A DNA stretch of 64,000 nucleotides from Octopus vulgaris (Eukaryota), in the NCBI GenBank assembly GCA_951406725.2, contig OX597819.1, positions 17,422,001-17,486,000 of the forward strand. The letters are read 5' to 3'. Position numbers and translations under genes: made by a program. The notes below the pieces were generated by a model. It ran no database searches, was not told the origin of the DNA, and was given only the letters and a program-made list of their open reading frames with translations. Below are positions 29,100 through 43,719 of this stretch, piece by piece (positions within the stretch are counted from its first letter, which is position 1; each line of letters starts with the position of its first letter).

Positions 29100-29464
29100 T
29101 GATTTTCCCCTCCATCTTCCTTATCTCTTGGACATTCCTCTGTCGCCTGTTTCTGAACGAGAGCTTAGCTCGAAACGTAAAACCACTACCTTTCTTTCCT
29201 TCCCTGAGCGTCTCCTAATACTTTGTATGTACCACGTTCTGCTGTTGTTTGTTTTCTTGTCTCTGTTCGTCGCTTTTTTCTTTACTATATATATATAGGG
29301 AGAGTTTACGAAAAAAACAAAAGACGAAGTCAGGTGGTGTACAAAACAAACATGTATTAGTATAACGCTCAGGAATAGAAAAAGTCTTTTACGTTTCGAG
29401 CCTACGCTCTTCTACAGAAAGGGACACAGAAAACAAGGAGAGAAAAAATGTGTGTAGTGTCTAA

Positions 29465-29468
<4 letters not shown>
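29100..29468. mobile_element. Two related PLE-like termini, tail-to-tail across a short (TA)n, each with an atypical hammerhead-like motif
   Basis: Plus: TTT-CTGAACGA-GAGC-TTA-GCTC-GAAACGTA-AAA (29153-29179). Minus: CTTT-CTGTAGAA-GAGC-GTAG-GCTC-GAAACGTA-AAAG (29390-29417). Confidence 0.7.
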
Positions 29469-29503
<35 letters not shown>

Positions 29504-29506
<3 letters not shown>

Positions 29507-29902
29507 TCTTTTACTTTTTTCAGTCATTTAACTGCGGCCATTCTGGAGCACAACCTTTTAGTCGAGTAAATCGACCCCAGGACTTATTCTTTGTAAGCCT
29601 ACTACTTATTCTATCAGTCTCTTTTGCTGAACCGCTATGTTACGGGGACGTAAACCACCACCGTCGGTTGTCAAGCAATGGTGGGGGGACAAACACAGAC
29701 ACACAAACATATACACACATACATATATATATACATATATACGAAGGGCTTCTTCCAGTTTCTGTCTACCAAATCCACTCACGAGGCTTTGGTTGACCCG
29801 AGGTTATAGTAGAAGACACTTGCCCAAGGTGCCACGCAGTAGGAATGAACCCGGAACCACGTGGCTGGTAAGCAATCTACTTACCACACAGCCACTCCTG
29901 CG

Positions 29903-29905
<3 letters not shown>
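29504..29905 (-). mobile_element. SINE family A
   Basis: Reverse complement of the family A copies. Confidence 0.88.
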
Positions 29906-29952
<47 letters not shown>

Positions 29953-30427
29953 TAGATATAAACGTATATCCACACATATATATTTATACATAACTTGATA
30001 GGTTAAACGTTATCTCTTACAAGACGAATCGTGTGAGTCATTGTTTTAACCAACTTATATATTGAATGCCTTGTTTTAAATTGTTCGTCCCTGTTCTATA
30101 AGCAGGAAAATAATTCAACTACATACACACATGCAGACATATAGCTATCCAAATATTTATGTATATTTATATAAATACCTAAAATTTCACATATAATTTT
30201 AAATATTCATTCATATGATATAGATATACATACAAATGCATATGCACATGTATATACAAATGAGTATATGCGTATATATATGTATATAAATGTCTCTATT
30301 TATATATAAACACGCAGACATACTTACATATGTATATATGGAAATATATTTGTCTACATTTAGATACACTCAGACTCATACGTATACTGAGATATCTATC
30401 TATCTATCTCTATCTATCTATCTCTAA

Positions 30428-30487
<60 letters not shown>

Positions 30488-30651
30488 ATATATATATATA
30501 TATATGTATACGCATTTATGTATATATCCCTTAACATGCGAAGTTACGTATATATGTGTACATACATACATACATACGTACATACATACATATATATATA
30601 CATATATATAACCTCGAAAATATATACATGAAACGTCGTAAATACACACAC

Positions 30652-30704
<53 letters not shown>

Positions 30705-30748
30705 CATGTTCATGCACATTCACCAAGGCACTTCTTAGAAACATAAAT

Positions 30749-30782
<34 letters not shown>

Positions 30783-31161
30783 GCGTATCTCTATGTGTGT
30801 GCCTGGAAGCTTCTTAACAACAAAAGTATTATGATGTTCACTTATATGCTAACGGGTCAATGCAAACAGTGATGTTGTTGTTGGTGGTGGTAGTGGTAGC
30901 GGTGGTGTCGGTGGCGGTGGTAATATCATAATAGTGATGCATTGTCATATGATGTGATAAATAGATTTCAGTTATTTGATTTATCATTTCACACAAGCAA
31001 CTTCTCCTATCGTTTCGAACTAAATAGCAAATAGAGTTATAGCAAATACTCTTTTGAAATGATCCAAAAGCCGGAATCAGGCCTGATCAAAATGTTTGGC
31101 TATTTGCCAAAATAAACAACAGGATTTGGCCTACATTTCTCCAACATTCACAACAACTACA

Positions 31162-31197
<36 letters not shown>

Positions 31198-31221
31198 TAT
31201 ACATGTATATACACACACACA

Positions 31222-31295
<74 letters not shown>

Positions 31296-31899
31296 TGTAT
31301 ACATATATGTATATACACACAGATACACAAACATATACATATATACTCACACATACATATATACGTACAATATACTTGTATAAAGATAAATGATGCTAAC
31401 TTTGCGCACTCATTATGAAGAAGATTGCAGTCATATACATAATCGTGCACATATATGTGTTTTTGTGTGTGTATATATATATATATGTATATATATACAT
31501 ACATATATATAACTGTGTGAGCGTGTGCACGCGCGCTTTTTGTGTACATACACGAATGATATTATGTTATGTTTATAAATGCATGTGTGATTGTGTGTGT
31601 TTATGTATGAAGTATAAAACACAAATGTACATATGTGGATACAATGGAATGTGCGTGTGTGGGAGTGTGTGAGCGCGCTTGTGTATTTGTGCCTGTGGAA
31701 ATGAAGTCGACCTAAATGGATTGGTGCCAAGGTCAGCAAAATAAGGTCGAGAAGATTGGGTTAAGAATACTCGGGATAGGGAATAGGAATGTGTTTGTTT
31801 GCAGTCGTTTGTCTGTGTTTTTTTTGCTGTATTGTTTTGCCTGATCGATGTGTATGAATCTATACGTGGTTATGTACACACACACACACACACACACAC

Positions 31900-32012
31900 A
31901 CACGCGCTCGTGCGCGCACGCACACACACACGCGCTCGTGCGCGCACGCACACACACACGCGCTCGTGCGCGCACGCACACACACACGCGCTCGTGCGCG
32001 CACGCACACACA
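31900..32012. repeat. 28-bp tandem repeat (ACACGCGCTCGTGCGCGCACGCACACAC), 4 copies
   Basis: Direct repeats visible. Confidence 0.9.
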
Positions 32013-32109
32013 CACACGCACACACCATTCGAGCATAAATACATATGAATCTAACTATCCATCTATCTATCTTACCTATTTATCTATCTGTCTATCTATC
32101 TATCTATCC

Positions 32110-32146
<37 letters not shown>

Positions 32147-32149
32147 ATC

Positions 32150-32192
<43 letters not shown>

Positions 32193-33124
32193 ATACTATC
32201 CTATCTAACTATCCTATCTAACTATCTATCTATCTATCTATCTGTCTATATATCTATATATTTATCTATCTGTCTGTCTATCTATCTATCTATCAATCTA
32301 TCTTCTCTATGTATGTATGTATGTATGTATGTATGTATGTATTTATCTATCTATCTTTCTGCAAATACACATAAGTACTAATATTAATTGGAATACATAA
32401 CAGTGTTTGATTTTAATCATTTTTATTAACTCCCACCCCACCCCAATTTCCTTATTACTACTTAAAATGCCCTATGACCGTAGATACCTTAGTTTCGGAG
32501 CAACAGCGTCGCCAAGGCTTTTGTGGTTTCAATACCTTCAAGTCATCATGTTCTGAATGCAATGAGCACAGTGGTTCTGTGTTGCAGCTTTCTGTTGACC
32601 GCAAACCAATGGATCTTATAAATTCATGATCGGCCGATGAGAAATTATTTAACGTCAAACTCTTGGTTACTGTTATACTATATTTTGCTTATGCTGTTTC
32701 CCCACGTCTAATCTTCTGGAGCATATTAAGAATAAACATGCAAGACAGTTTTCAAACCCGCTTTTCAAGAGCGAATGACAATATATTTTCTGTTTCTATG
32801 TTTTGGAATCCTCTGTAGGGTGTCGGTGTTGTCAACGAACGTTTCTCTGTCAAGTTTTCCTTGACATTATGATGGGTATAATGTTTTGCAATGGCTGTTG
32901 TAAAATGTCTGATCGTGTGATGTAAAAGTGTGTACCCCGAACCAAGCGAAACCGAGTATATTGAGTGAGGTATCTTCTTTAAAACAAGGCACTTGAGAAG
33001 ATACATCTGCACCGGAGTTGTATAATATCCCACTCGCAACGGCCCCGATGCAAAAGGGGTCGAAGCGGTTGTTGTGATGAATAAAGATTTTCGTGAATTA
33101 CGTTTCCCTCATTCGTTATATATA

Positions 33125-33182
<58 letters not shown>

Positions 33183-33192
33183 TATATATAAC

Positions 33193-33239
<47 letters not shown>

Positions 33240-33240
33240 T

Positions 33241-33482
<242 letters not shown>

Positions 33483-35171
33483 ATACTAAGACGGAGAGAT
33501 ATATTCATACATACATATATTCTTTAATTTCTGTTATAAAAGAATAAAATAATATGTGTGTCTGTGTAAGTATGTATATTTGTATGTGTGCGTGTTTGTG
33601 ACCATGTATCTATGCATCTATATCTCTCCGTCTTACCATTCAGTTGCTCTGCATTACTTCTTCATTTCCAGCCACCTTCTATCTCATTTGTATTTATCAT
33701 CTACAGTTCCACCCCACCCCCATCGACCATTCTCCCCCACCCTCCATTCTCCTCCTGACGCCAAATCCAATTCTTTACTTTTTATTCTTTTCCTTTTATA
33801 TCAATTTTTCTCTATCTTCATCCAGTTACTATATTCTTTTCTCTTCCTTCTCACAAGGCATCTCCTTCTTCCCCCCTTCCAGCCCCTATTTTCGTTCTTC
33901 CATTAGCTAGTTCAGTGGTTCTCAGTCAGGGTTCACATGGGCCTTATTGGTGGGGTCCACATATGATTTTTCTATTAAAATTAATGTGAAATAAATCCGT
34001 TATACTTCAATAATTCACGAAATCTTCCAATAATTTTTTTAAATACAATTTCTATTAATATTTAATTATAAGAATATAATGGGACTTTCTTAAATGTCGA
34101 ATGTTTATTAGGGTCCATTAGAAGAAGAAAAAAAGAAACAAAGGGGTCCATAGACATTGAGTTCAATGAATACTTTCGTGTCTCTTTTGGTCTGTTATTT
34201 AAGGCCACAATGCATTCTATTTTTATCCGCGCACGACTTTATAAACAGCTTTGGGCGAAAGACCATGTATCATCTGTTTGATTCGTTTTGCATATTTTAA
34301 TTTTAGATTTAGTACTAATTTGTAAGACCGCATATATTTACATATGTTGTATGGTTTTCTTTCTACCTTCCCTGCCTTCCTGAATACTTTCTTGCTATAA
34401 ACGGTATTTTCATCGAAAAACCCTTTCTATTCATTTCATATTTTGTCCCTTTCTAACACTGCAGAATATTCTTTTTCTTTTTGTGTTCCTTATTCACGCG
34501 CTCTCGTCTGAGTCCTTGCAGCTCTAATAAATGGTAAGCACCGTTGGAATGAAGAATATTGACGCAGATGTAAATGTCGTAAAGATTTTCAATTGGCTGC
34601 TGTTGAAGTGACCAACCTTGTGCATGTCCGTTTCGGCTGTTCTTTCCTTCATTCCTACCTGTAGTTTTCTCTAGAACATACGAAACGATTTTCTATTGAT
34701 TGTTGTTGTTAGCTCTCTGTGGAATATCTAAATCGAGAATAATATTGAGATTGAACGCTACAGACTTGCGCGCATTTTGATGCTAAATTTATTCGCTCTA
34801 ATCTCTTCTCTAGGACGTTTGTTGTATTGGATGAATTTTCCAGTCCTTACACAGGTCACAGTATGAAGTATATTGTTGCTAGTGAAGTGCATTATAGACC
34901 AGATGTTTATGAGGTTGTCAGAATGCTCACTCCGAATATTATACATAGAGTGGTGGTGGAGGAAAATCTGAGTAACAGTGTAATAGTATGTTGAAATCTG
35001 GAACTGCAACTCTGTCTGTCTCTCCGTTTGTCTGTGTATATCTTTGTCTATCTGTCTCTCCGCCTGTCTAACTCTCACTCTTTACGCACACATTCATATA
35101 TACATATACTGAGTATCATATATTACATATTTACATTAACACAGTGTGTGTGTGTATAAATATATATATAT

Positions 35172-35203
<32 letters not shown>

Positions 35204-35351
35204 GCACACGCACACATCTTGCTTCATGACCACATGGTTTCGGGTTCAGTTCCATTGCGTGGCATCTTGGACAAGTGTCTTCTACTATAGCCTCGGGCCG
35301 ACCCAAATCTTGTGAGTGGATTTGGTAGACGGAAACTGAAAGAAGCCCGTC

Positions 35352-35390
<39 letters not shown>

Positions 35391-35891
35391 CAATAGAGAT
35401 GTGTGTGTATTCACCTTTCACACGAAAATGGTTTCACCAATTACCTACCATACTTGTGATGTATGAATAATTCCACCTCGGAGAAATTATAGGCGCTTCA
35501 ATTGATTTTTTAAAATAAAAAAAAAATATTGCTTGATTTTATATATTATTAGATTCACTTCATTAAAAAGGTTTCTCAATGTCAACTTTCGGTATTGACA
35601 TAAAAACGGTCTGTCCCTGTCTAATTTTAATGTTTTCATTTCAAGTTTTAATTCGGTATTTGTAAGCAACTACGATAAATTACTGAGAGAAAATCTTACT
35701 GTGTTCCAAAATTTAAATATTCGGAGCTTACCTCTTTATAAATGTCTTATAAATTCCGCACAGCCTTGGTTTTGTTTCCTCATTTTAAATAATATATACA
35801 TGCTCACACAAGATCCGCATTAGACTCGTATTATTATCGAACAGAGAATCTAACTAAGATCCTGCCATAGATTGTCTTCTGGATACCAATA

Positions 35892-36213
35892 TACTCTTAC
35901 TCTTTTACTCTTTTACTTGTTTCAGTCATTTGACTGCGGCCATGCTGGAGCACCGCCTTTAATACTTATTCTATCGGTCTCTTTTTGCCGAACCGCTAAG
36001 TGACGGGGACGTAAACACACCAGCATCGGTTGTCAAGCAATGTTAGGGGGACAAAAACACACACACACATACATATATATACATATATACGACAGGCTTC
36101 TTTCAGTTTCCGTCTACCAAATCCACTCACAAGGCATTGGTCGGCCCGGGGCTATAGCAGAAGACACTTGCCCAAGATGCCACGCAGTGGGACTGAACCC
36201 GCAACCCTGTGGT

Positions 36214-36214
<1 letters not shown>
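35892..36214 (-). mobile_element. SINE family A, internally deleted
   Basis: Matches family A with a deletion in the tail region. Confidence 0.85.
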
Positions 36215-36245
<31 letters not shown>

Positions 36246-36789
36246 TGTGTGTGTGTGTGTGTGTATATACACACACACACATACACACACATATACAGAT
36301 ATATATATATATATGTGTATATGTTTGTGTGTTTGTGTTTACGTCCCAATTATATAGCGGTTCGGCAAAAAGTGACCGATAGAATATAGGCTTACAAAAG
36401 CTATATTCTGGGGTCGATTTCTTCGATTAAAGGCAGTGTTCCAGCATGGCCGCAGTGAAATGACTGAAGCAAGTAAAAGAGTAACAGAACAAAAGAATTA
36501 GTATTTATGTGATTTTTTTCACAACTTCGCTCCAGCATGTTTGTATACACCACTGCAACCTCTCCGTTAGGTACAAGGCCAGGACTTTTGAAGGACGAGT
36601 TAGTCGATGTTCTTCGAGCTTGAACCACTGCATATTCACTGACGATTTGAACAAAGAACAAAAAGACCTGGGGGGACAACGATTCAGGAGATACGCCGCC
36701 CTATCTGTGTAATGTAATCCCACAAACACATGTCTATAACTCTTTCCCCCTCTTCTCTCTCTTCCTATATATGTATATATATACCTACG

Positions 36790-36840
<51 letters not shown>

Positions 36841-37456
36841 ACGTATATAAATATATATATGTATATATATATATATGCGTGTATACATGTATACATACAT
36901 ACATACACACACACATATATATATGTGTGAGTGTAGCACGTATTAGTGTAATTTATACCAGTGTGTAAATCAGGTTAGTCTGTTGACCTTACGAGATAAG
37001 ATCTTTCGGTTGATTGAAAACTATTTGACGGCAGATTTGCCTGATTAGGAAAGTAACAGATGAGTTCCAAATTAAGCCAAAGAATTTATGACCTTATAAT
37101 GTCCTTACTGTTTCTCGCGTCGATCCTTGGAATTCGTAGAGAATGATGTGCATTGATGTTGCAGAATGTTATTAAAACATGCGTGGGCTGAGGGGTGTAT
37201 AATGTCGTTGTGGAAGAATTATCTTAGCTCCAGTTGTAATCACGTTGATCTATGATCAAATGCGTTCCAGTCGTGACTAGTCTATTTACTGGGTGTTTCT
37301 GACAATCCAGGAATAAACAATCTCAAACGGTTAATCCATGGAAATTTCATGGCTGTTTATAACAGGTCAAAGCCCCGTTACAAAGATTTGTCGTTGTTGC
37401 TGCCTTGCTGGAGGTATCGTTGTTGTTCTTGTTGAAGTATGGTTGTTGTTGTTGTT

Positions 37457-37487
<31 letters not shown>

Positions 37488-37664
37488 TGGTAGGAATAGT
37501 TTTTGTTATTCTTGTTTCCTATAAAACAATACAGGTCAAGGATTCCGCGTCACAAGATATGCATAACAGGGTCTGTAATTTGGAGAAGTGCGTCTTCTCC
37601 TAAGGTCCCAGGTCGACCCCAATGAGTATTTATACACACATATATATATATATGTATATATGTA

Positions 37665-37767
<103 letters not shown>

Positions 37768-37790
37768 ATATATATGTATGTATGTATATT

Positions 37791-37973
37791 GTTAACATTT
37801 ACAGAAAAACAAAAGACGAAGATAAATGTATAAACAAAAAGTAGGTGTATTAGTATGACATTCAGGGACGTGAGAAAGTCCTTTATGTTTCGTGCCTATG
37901 CTCTTCAACAGAAAGGAATACGGGGACACAGAGAATTAAAAAAAGCTTGTGGATTTAGCGGTCAATCATAGCG

Positions 37974-37977
<4 letters not shown>
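37791..37977 (-). mobile_element. PLE-like terminus of the CTGTNGAA hammerhead-like family
   Basis: Minus: CTTT-CTGTTGAA-GAGC-ATAG-GCAC-GAAACATA-AAGG; homologous to 29300-29468; TA-rich repeats on both sides. Confidence 0.7.
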
Positions 37978-38012
<35 letters not shown>

Positions 38013-38163
38013 TGACGTATATTTGCCATCTCAATATGGCTACCCCTAAGGGTGGATGCTACTGTAGTTTTAGCCCCAGGAGGACACACTCTTCCAGCTG
38101 GCCATAGACACACTTTCTGTGTCCTGTCAGTATTTGCAAAGGGAAGTCATCCTTCCCGTCTTC

Positions 38164-38231
38164 AACTTATGATACACACGGACTCGAGTTTCGAGGTATT
38201 GACCTCTCGTCAGCGTGTGACAATCATAGTT
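38164..38231 (-). ncRNA. Intact type I hammerhead ribozyme
   Basis: Exact reverse complement of 38708-38775. Confidence 0.93.
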
Positions 38232-38707
38232 GTCGGCGAGAATTAGATTTCCTTCACAAATACTTATACTTTTTCCAGCGTCCACTGTCGCTGATATTGA
38301 AAAAGTGAAATCAAACAATGATAAATATCAAAGTGAGTTATATACAGTAGCGGTAACACATCGTGACGTATATTTGCCATCTCAATATGGCTACCCCTAA
38401 GGGTGGATGCTACTGTAGTTTTTAGCCCCAGGGAAGGATGACTTCCCTTTGCAAATACTGACAGGACACAGAAAGTGTGTCTATGACCAGCTGGAGGAGT
38501 GTGTCCTCCTGGGGCTAAAACTACAGTAGCATCCACCCTTAGGGGTAGCCATATTGAGATGGCAAATATACGTCACGATGTGTTACCGCTACTGTATATA
38601 ACTCACTTTGATATTTATCATTGTTTGATTTCACTTTTTCAATATCAGCGACAGTGGACGCTGGAAAAAGTATAAGTATTTGTGAAGGAAATCTAATTCT
38701 CGCCGAC

Positions 38708-38775
38708 AACTATGATTGTCACACGCTGACGAGAGGTCAATACCTCGAAACTCGAGTCCGTGTGTATCATAAGTT
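38708..38775 (+). ncRNA. Intact type I hammerhead ribozyme
   Basis: CACACG-CTGACGA-GAGGT-CAAT-ACCTC-GAAAC-TCGA-GTC-CGTGTG; stem I extends via TATGAT/ATCATA past an internal loop; predicted cleavage after 38758. Confidence 0.95.
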
Positions 38776-38971
38776 GAAGACGGGAAGGATGACTTCCCTT
38801 TGCAAATACTGACAGGACACAGAAAGTGTGTCTATGGCCAGCTGGAGGAGTGTGTCCTCCTGGGGCTAAAAACTACAGTAGCATCCACCCTTAGGGGTAG
38901 CCATATTGAGATGGCAAATATACGTCACGATGTGTTACCGCTACTGTATATAACTCACTTTGATATTTATC

Positions 38972-39008
<37 letters not shown>

Positions 39009-39013
<5 letters not shown>

Positions 39014-40205
39014 GCGTAAGGTACTTGAGGAATACATTTTTAGGTAAATACTGCTTCCATTGCTAACTCTGTATAATCTTTGTTTCAGGAAAAAATAATG
39101 GCAGACACTCAGCTTACTTAAGAAATCAAGAGGCATGTTTTTATTGTGGTCATAAAGGCGGAGCATAGCGATTTAGAAATATCTCGAGTTTTAAAAGTCG
39201 CCATATCTTTCGTCTACAAAGTTTGTAATGGGCTAGAGACTGAAGATGGAAACCTGTCACCTTATCAAAGCAAATAAAGCATTCTAAACACTCCGAAATC
39301 ATCAGAATACCTGAATTTATCCAGAAAATTCAACAGACCATTGATTGCAATTCCAGAAAGTCCACGGAGTCAATTGCAAAATATCTCCTTGTGTCAGAAA
39401 TGTTGTTCACGAAGACATCAGATATGATGTGAAAAGGTCAATTTGTCAGAAAAAAAACTAAAGAGAACCACTACGTCAGATCTAAAAGGCTCTTAAACAA
39501 ACTGAAAAACCCAGTAGAAGAAGATTTCATTTGGTTTTTATCAACAGAACAAATGTCAAATGGTTATGTGCAGACCCTTCTGAATTTTCAAGTTTTATGC
39601 TTACAAAATTTCCTGCAATGGTATTAAGGGTTGTCATCAATGAAGATCATGTGATGCTTACTTACTTCATCCCACAAGGCCCTAGAGTTAACACTGCCGC
39701 CTACATTGATGTCCTGGAAATAGTTGTTAAGCCCTCGATATATACAGTGTATACAATGGAAGGCCATATGTGTTTCAGTAAGACTCAGCACTATCAAACA
39801 TGGCTCTAGTAACGCAGGAATGGATGGCTGAAAATTTTCATGATCACATAACCCCTGTCATTTAGCCTCCTAATTGCCAACATCTCAATCAATTGGACTA
39901 TTACATGTGGAGCGATGTTGAGAGAGAGAGATCAATGAACACGCCCATAACACCAAAGATTCTTTGAAAGATGCTATAGTCAGTGTAATGTCCAAAATGA
40001 ACCAGGACCATTTGATACGAGCACGTAGATGATTTACATCTCATATAGAAGCAGTTGTTGAAGCTGAAGGTGGTTTCATTGAATAACATTATAGAAAAAA
40101 AGTTTATTTTTATCCTCATAGCATCTTTTGATAAATAAAGTTATTATTTTTTAATATATCTGTTTCTTTTCTATAAATATGAACCTGTCCTCAAATATCT
40201 TAAAT
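39009..40205 (+). mobile_element. Decayed Tc1/mariner-superfamily DNA transposon (probably DD37D/maT-like)
   Basis: TIR-like TAAGGTACTTGAGGA / TCCTCAAATATCTTA next to TA runs; broken frames give KFPAMVL..., YIDVLEIVVKP, VFQ*DSA...QEWMAENF...*PPNCQHLNQLDYYMW, resembling QQDSAP...WPPNSPDLNPLDY. Confidence 0.8.
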
Positions 40206-40564
40206 ATATATATATATATAAATGGCGGTGCCCCAGCATGGCCACAGCTCATAAGCTGAAACTGGAAAAATCAAAATCAAAATCATATATATATATACAT
40301 ATACATATGCACAAACACAAGCCAAAACAGGTGTACACTAATGTATAAACGCATACATAATGACAGAACAAATTTACATAGCGTAGAGAATACACATAAT
40401 CCAACGGGAGTGGGCATGATATTTGAGGACCGCCACCTGTTTCTAGAGGCTCGGAATTACCTAATAATAGTAATATTGTCGATATATATAAACATTAGTG
40501 GAAGCCCGGCCTCCATCTGCAGAGTGAAGAGGCTGGCAATAACTCCTTGCCTATTATTCTTTCA

Positions 40565-40945
40565 TTCTTTTATTCTTTTACTTGTTTCAGTCATTTGAGT
40601 ACTACCATGCTGGAGCACTGCCTTTAGTCGAGCAAATCAACCTCAGGACTTATTCTTTGTGAGCCTTGTACTTATTCTATCGGTCTCTTTTGTCGAACCG
40701 TTAAATCACGGAGACGTAAACACACCAACAGGTGGTGGTGAGGGAACAAAGCTATTCACAAACACACACACACATATATATATACGACGAGCTTCTTTAA
40801 GTTTCAATCTACCAAATCCACTCACAAGGCTTTGGTCTGCGGGAGGTTATAGTAGAAGATACTAGCCCAAGGTTCCACGCAGTGGGACTAAGCAGGAACC
40901 ATATGGTTGGTAAGCGAGCTACTTACCACACAGCCACTCCTACTC
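40565..40945 (-). mobile_element. SINE family A, diverged
   Basis: Homology to family A. Confidence 0.82.
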
Positions 40946-41166
40946 CTTTTCATGAACTTTTGCACAAATTTTCTGCCAACATTATGACTGTTACATGATA
41001 CCGAGACCTCAGAAACGGCTGTCGGATCTGAAATAACTGTGACCTCTCTCCTCAGGTTTCTGTATCATACATACTCAATGTAAATCTGTTCTGTAAATTA
41101 AGAAATATCTTTATGTTTACACATGGATGTTCGTCTTCCGAATACATTCAGTTTCTGTTTCTCGCT

Positions 41167-41242
<76 letters not shown>

Positions 41243-41566
41243 ATATATATTTGCATGCATATATGTAAATACATTTTATATATCAAGCCCCAGACTCCAT
41301 CTGCATCATTACTCCCATATCAGCTCACATGGATTCCTCTTAGAGACATTCGTTTACCTCACGGAGTAAGTTCAAATCATTTGAATACTATTATACGTTT
41401 TCTATATTGAGCATCACTGGATCTCACCTGTTGAGGCTTTCAGTCTGTCTGTCTGTCTGTCTGTCTCTCTTTCTCTCTCGTTTTCTATCACTCATACATA
41501 CACACACACATATATACATATATTTGCGTATGTGTTTGTGTATATACATACATACACAAATACATG

Positions 41567-41610
<44 letters not shown>

Positions 41611-41662
41611 TCACAGAGTCAGTAGTTTAGTGAAGATTGCCATCTACATATATATATATGTG

Positions 41663-41721
<59 letters not shown>

Positions 41722-41906
41722 TGTTCTCATATATATATGCACACACAAATATGTATATGTATAATATGGATTGGCATGGAAGTATGTATAAATATATGTA
41801 TCTACAAAAGTGTATGTGTATATATATATATGTATGTTAGTACATTTCTATTATATATATATAATGTGATACATATATATATATATATATAGTATATATA
41901 CATTTC

Positions 41907-41942
<36 letters not shown>

Positions 41943-42332
41943 GTAAATATATCTATATATATATGTATATCTGCACGTGTATATATGTATATATGTCCGC
42001 CTGCATGTGTGTGCATGTGTATGTGTGTGTGTGTGTGCCTGTTCATCAGTGTGTTGTTTCGCATATGAACGTAAGGCATGCGATGCATGTTTAAGATAAA
42101 TGAGCAAATGCAAATAACGAACCAGATGTTAATACAAATCTTTCGTTTTTATGAGACGGAGCTTGAAAGGCCCAACATCCGGGCGATATCCACCTCGTTT
42201 CAATTATTGGCCTTTGATTCTCAACGTTGCATACACTGCCGTAAGTACACGGAGACGCCCCCAATTGATGTAGGCATCCATATACAAATTAGTGTGTGTA
42301 TATGTGAAGACATGTATTCAATTATATACACG

Positions 42333-42389
<57 letters not shown>

Positions 42390-42625
42390 GTGTGTGTCTG
42401 TATGTATGAATACGTATGTATTTATAATTTCATATATATATTTATTTCATGTATATATTTATACATACATACATACACACGTACATGCATATATTCCTAT
42501 ATGGATACACATAGATACTCGTTACTATCACTATCTTCAAGGCCGTGAAGGTATATACATGCATACATACACGCATAAACATATATATATACGTGTATAT
42601 GTATATATCTATATCTATACATACT

Positions 42626-42671
<46 letters not shown>

Positions 42672-42741
42672 ATGTATGTATATGTATATATATATGTATA
42701 TTTATATATATATGTATATATGTATATTTATATATACATAC

Positions 42742-42793
<52 letters not shown>

Positions 42794-43293
42794 ATATATA
42801 TAAATGTGTACAGTATATTGAAGCACATACACAGATACACACACACGCGCGCATACACAGAGTAGAGAGACAAACACACGTATATAAAGCGTAAATACAG
42901 AGAGATGATTATTCACGGCCCGTTGCTTTTAGCTTCTTACCGCGGAGTTGACTGTAAACCAAGCACTTTGATCAATATTTTCAGCAATTCAGATCCATTT
43001 CGACAAAAACGTTCACCAGATCAATATTCCCGTCTTAAACTCATCGAACATCAAAGAGAATTCAAACCGTTTCCCACATTCCTGTTTTGTAATTCTTTCG
43101 TTTTGCACTGGCAGCTTAGATATTTAGCAGCAATATGCACGCTCACACACACACACATAAACACACACACACACGCTCACACACACACACACACGTTCGC
43201 ATACACACACTAACAAACACGCACACATTTATGTAAATGTTTCTAGTTATATATACATATATATATACATATATATATATATATACATTTATA

Positions 43294-43325
<32 letters not shown>

Positions 43326-43719
43326 CATTTATATATATATAAATAGATATATGTATAAATATATTTATGTGTATATATATATATATATATATACACGTAC
43401 GGACATACATACATACATATATACATACATACACACACACACACACACATATATATATTTTATCTTCTACCTTTTCCTTGTGTCAATCATTGGACTGCGG
43501 CCATGTTGGGGCACCGTTTTGAAGAGATTTATTCAAACGAATCAGCAGCTGATTCTTATTTTTAAACTTTGATGCTTATTCCATCGTTCCTTTCTGTCGA
43601 ACCGCTAGATTTTGGTCGCAAATACGCTAACACCTGTTGTCAATTGGTAATGGAGGACAAACACAAATACGAAGATATATATATTTCAGCCATCTCATCA
43701 TATTGTCCCGATAATGCCT

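Larger units (their letters stand above)
38011..38973. mobile_element. Retrozyme-like element: 351-nt non-coding monomer, ~1.2 copies on minus (38011-38432) joined to ~1.55 copies on plus (38431-38973), inside (TA)n
   Basis: Period 351 (CGTGACGTAT at 38011 and 38362; GGGAAGGATGAC at 38431 and 38782); arms nearly identical; one intact hammerhead per arm; no recognisable ORF. Confidence 0.88.

Noticed and set aside
33913-34168. hAT-like MITE starting CAGTGGTTCTC
   Set aside because: The right TIR and TSD could not be identified convincingly.
38052-39066. Duplicated short ORFs (MDATVVLAPGG..., MFDFTFSISAT...)
   Set aside because: They are by-products of the tandem/inverted 351-nt monomer, use non-ATG starts and have no recognisable domain.
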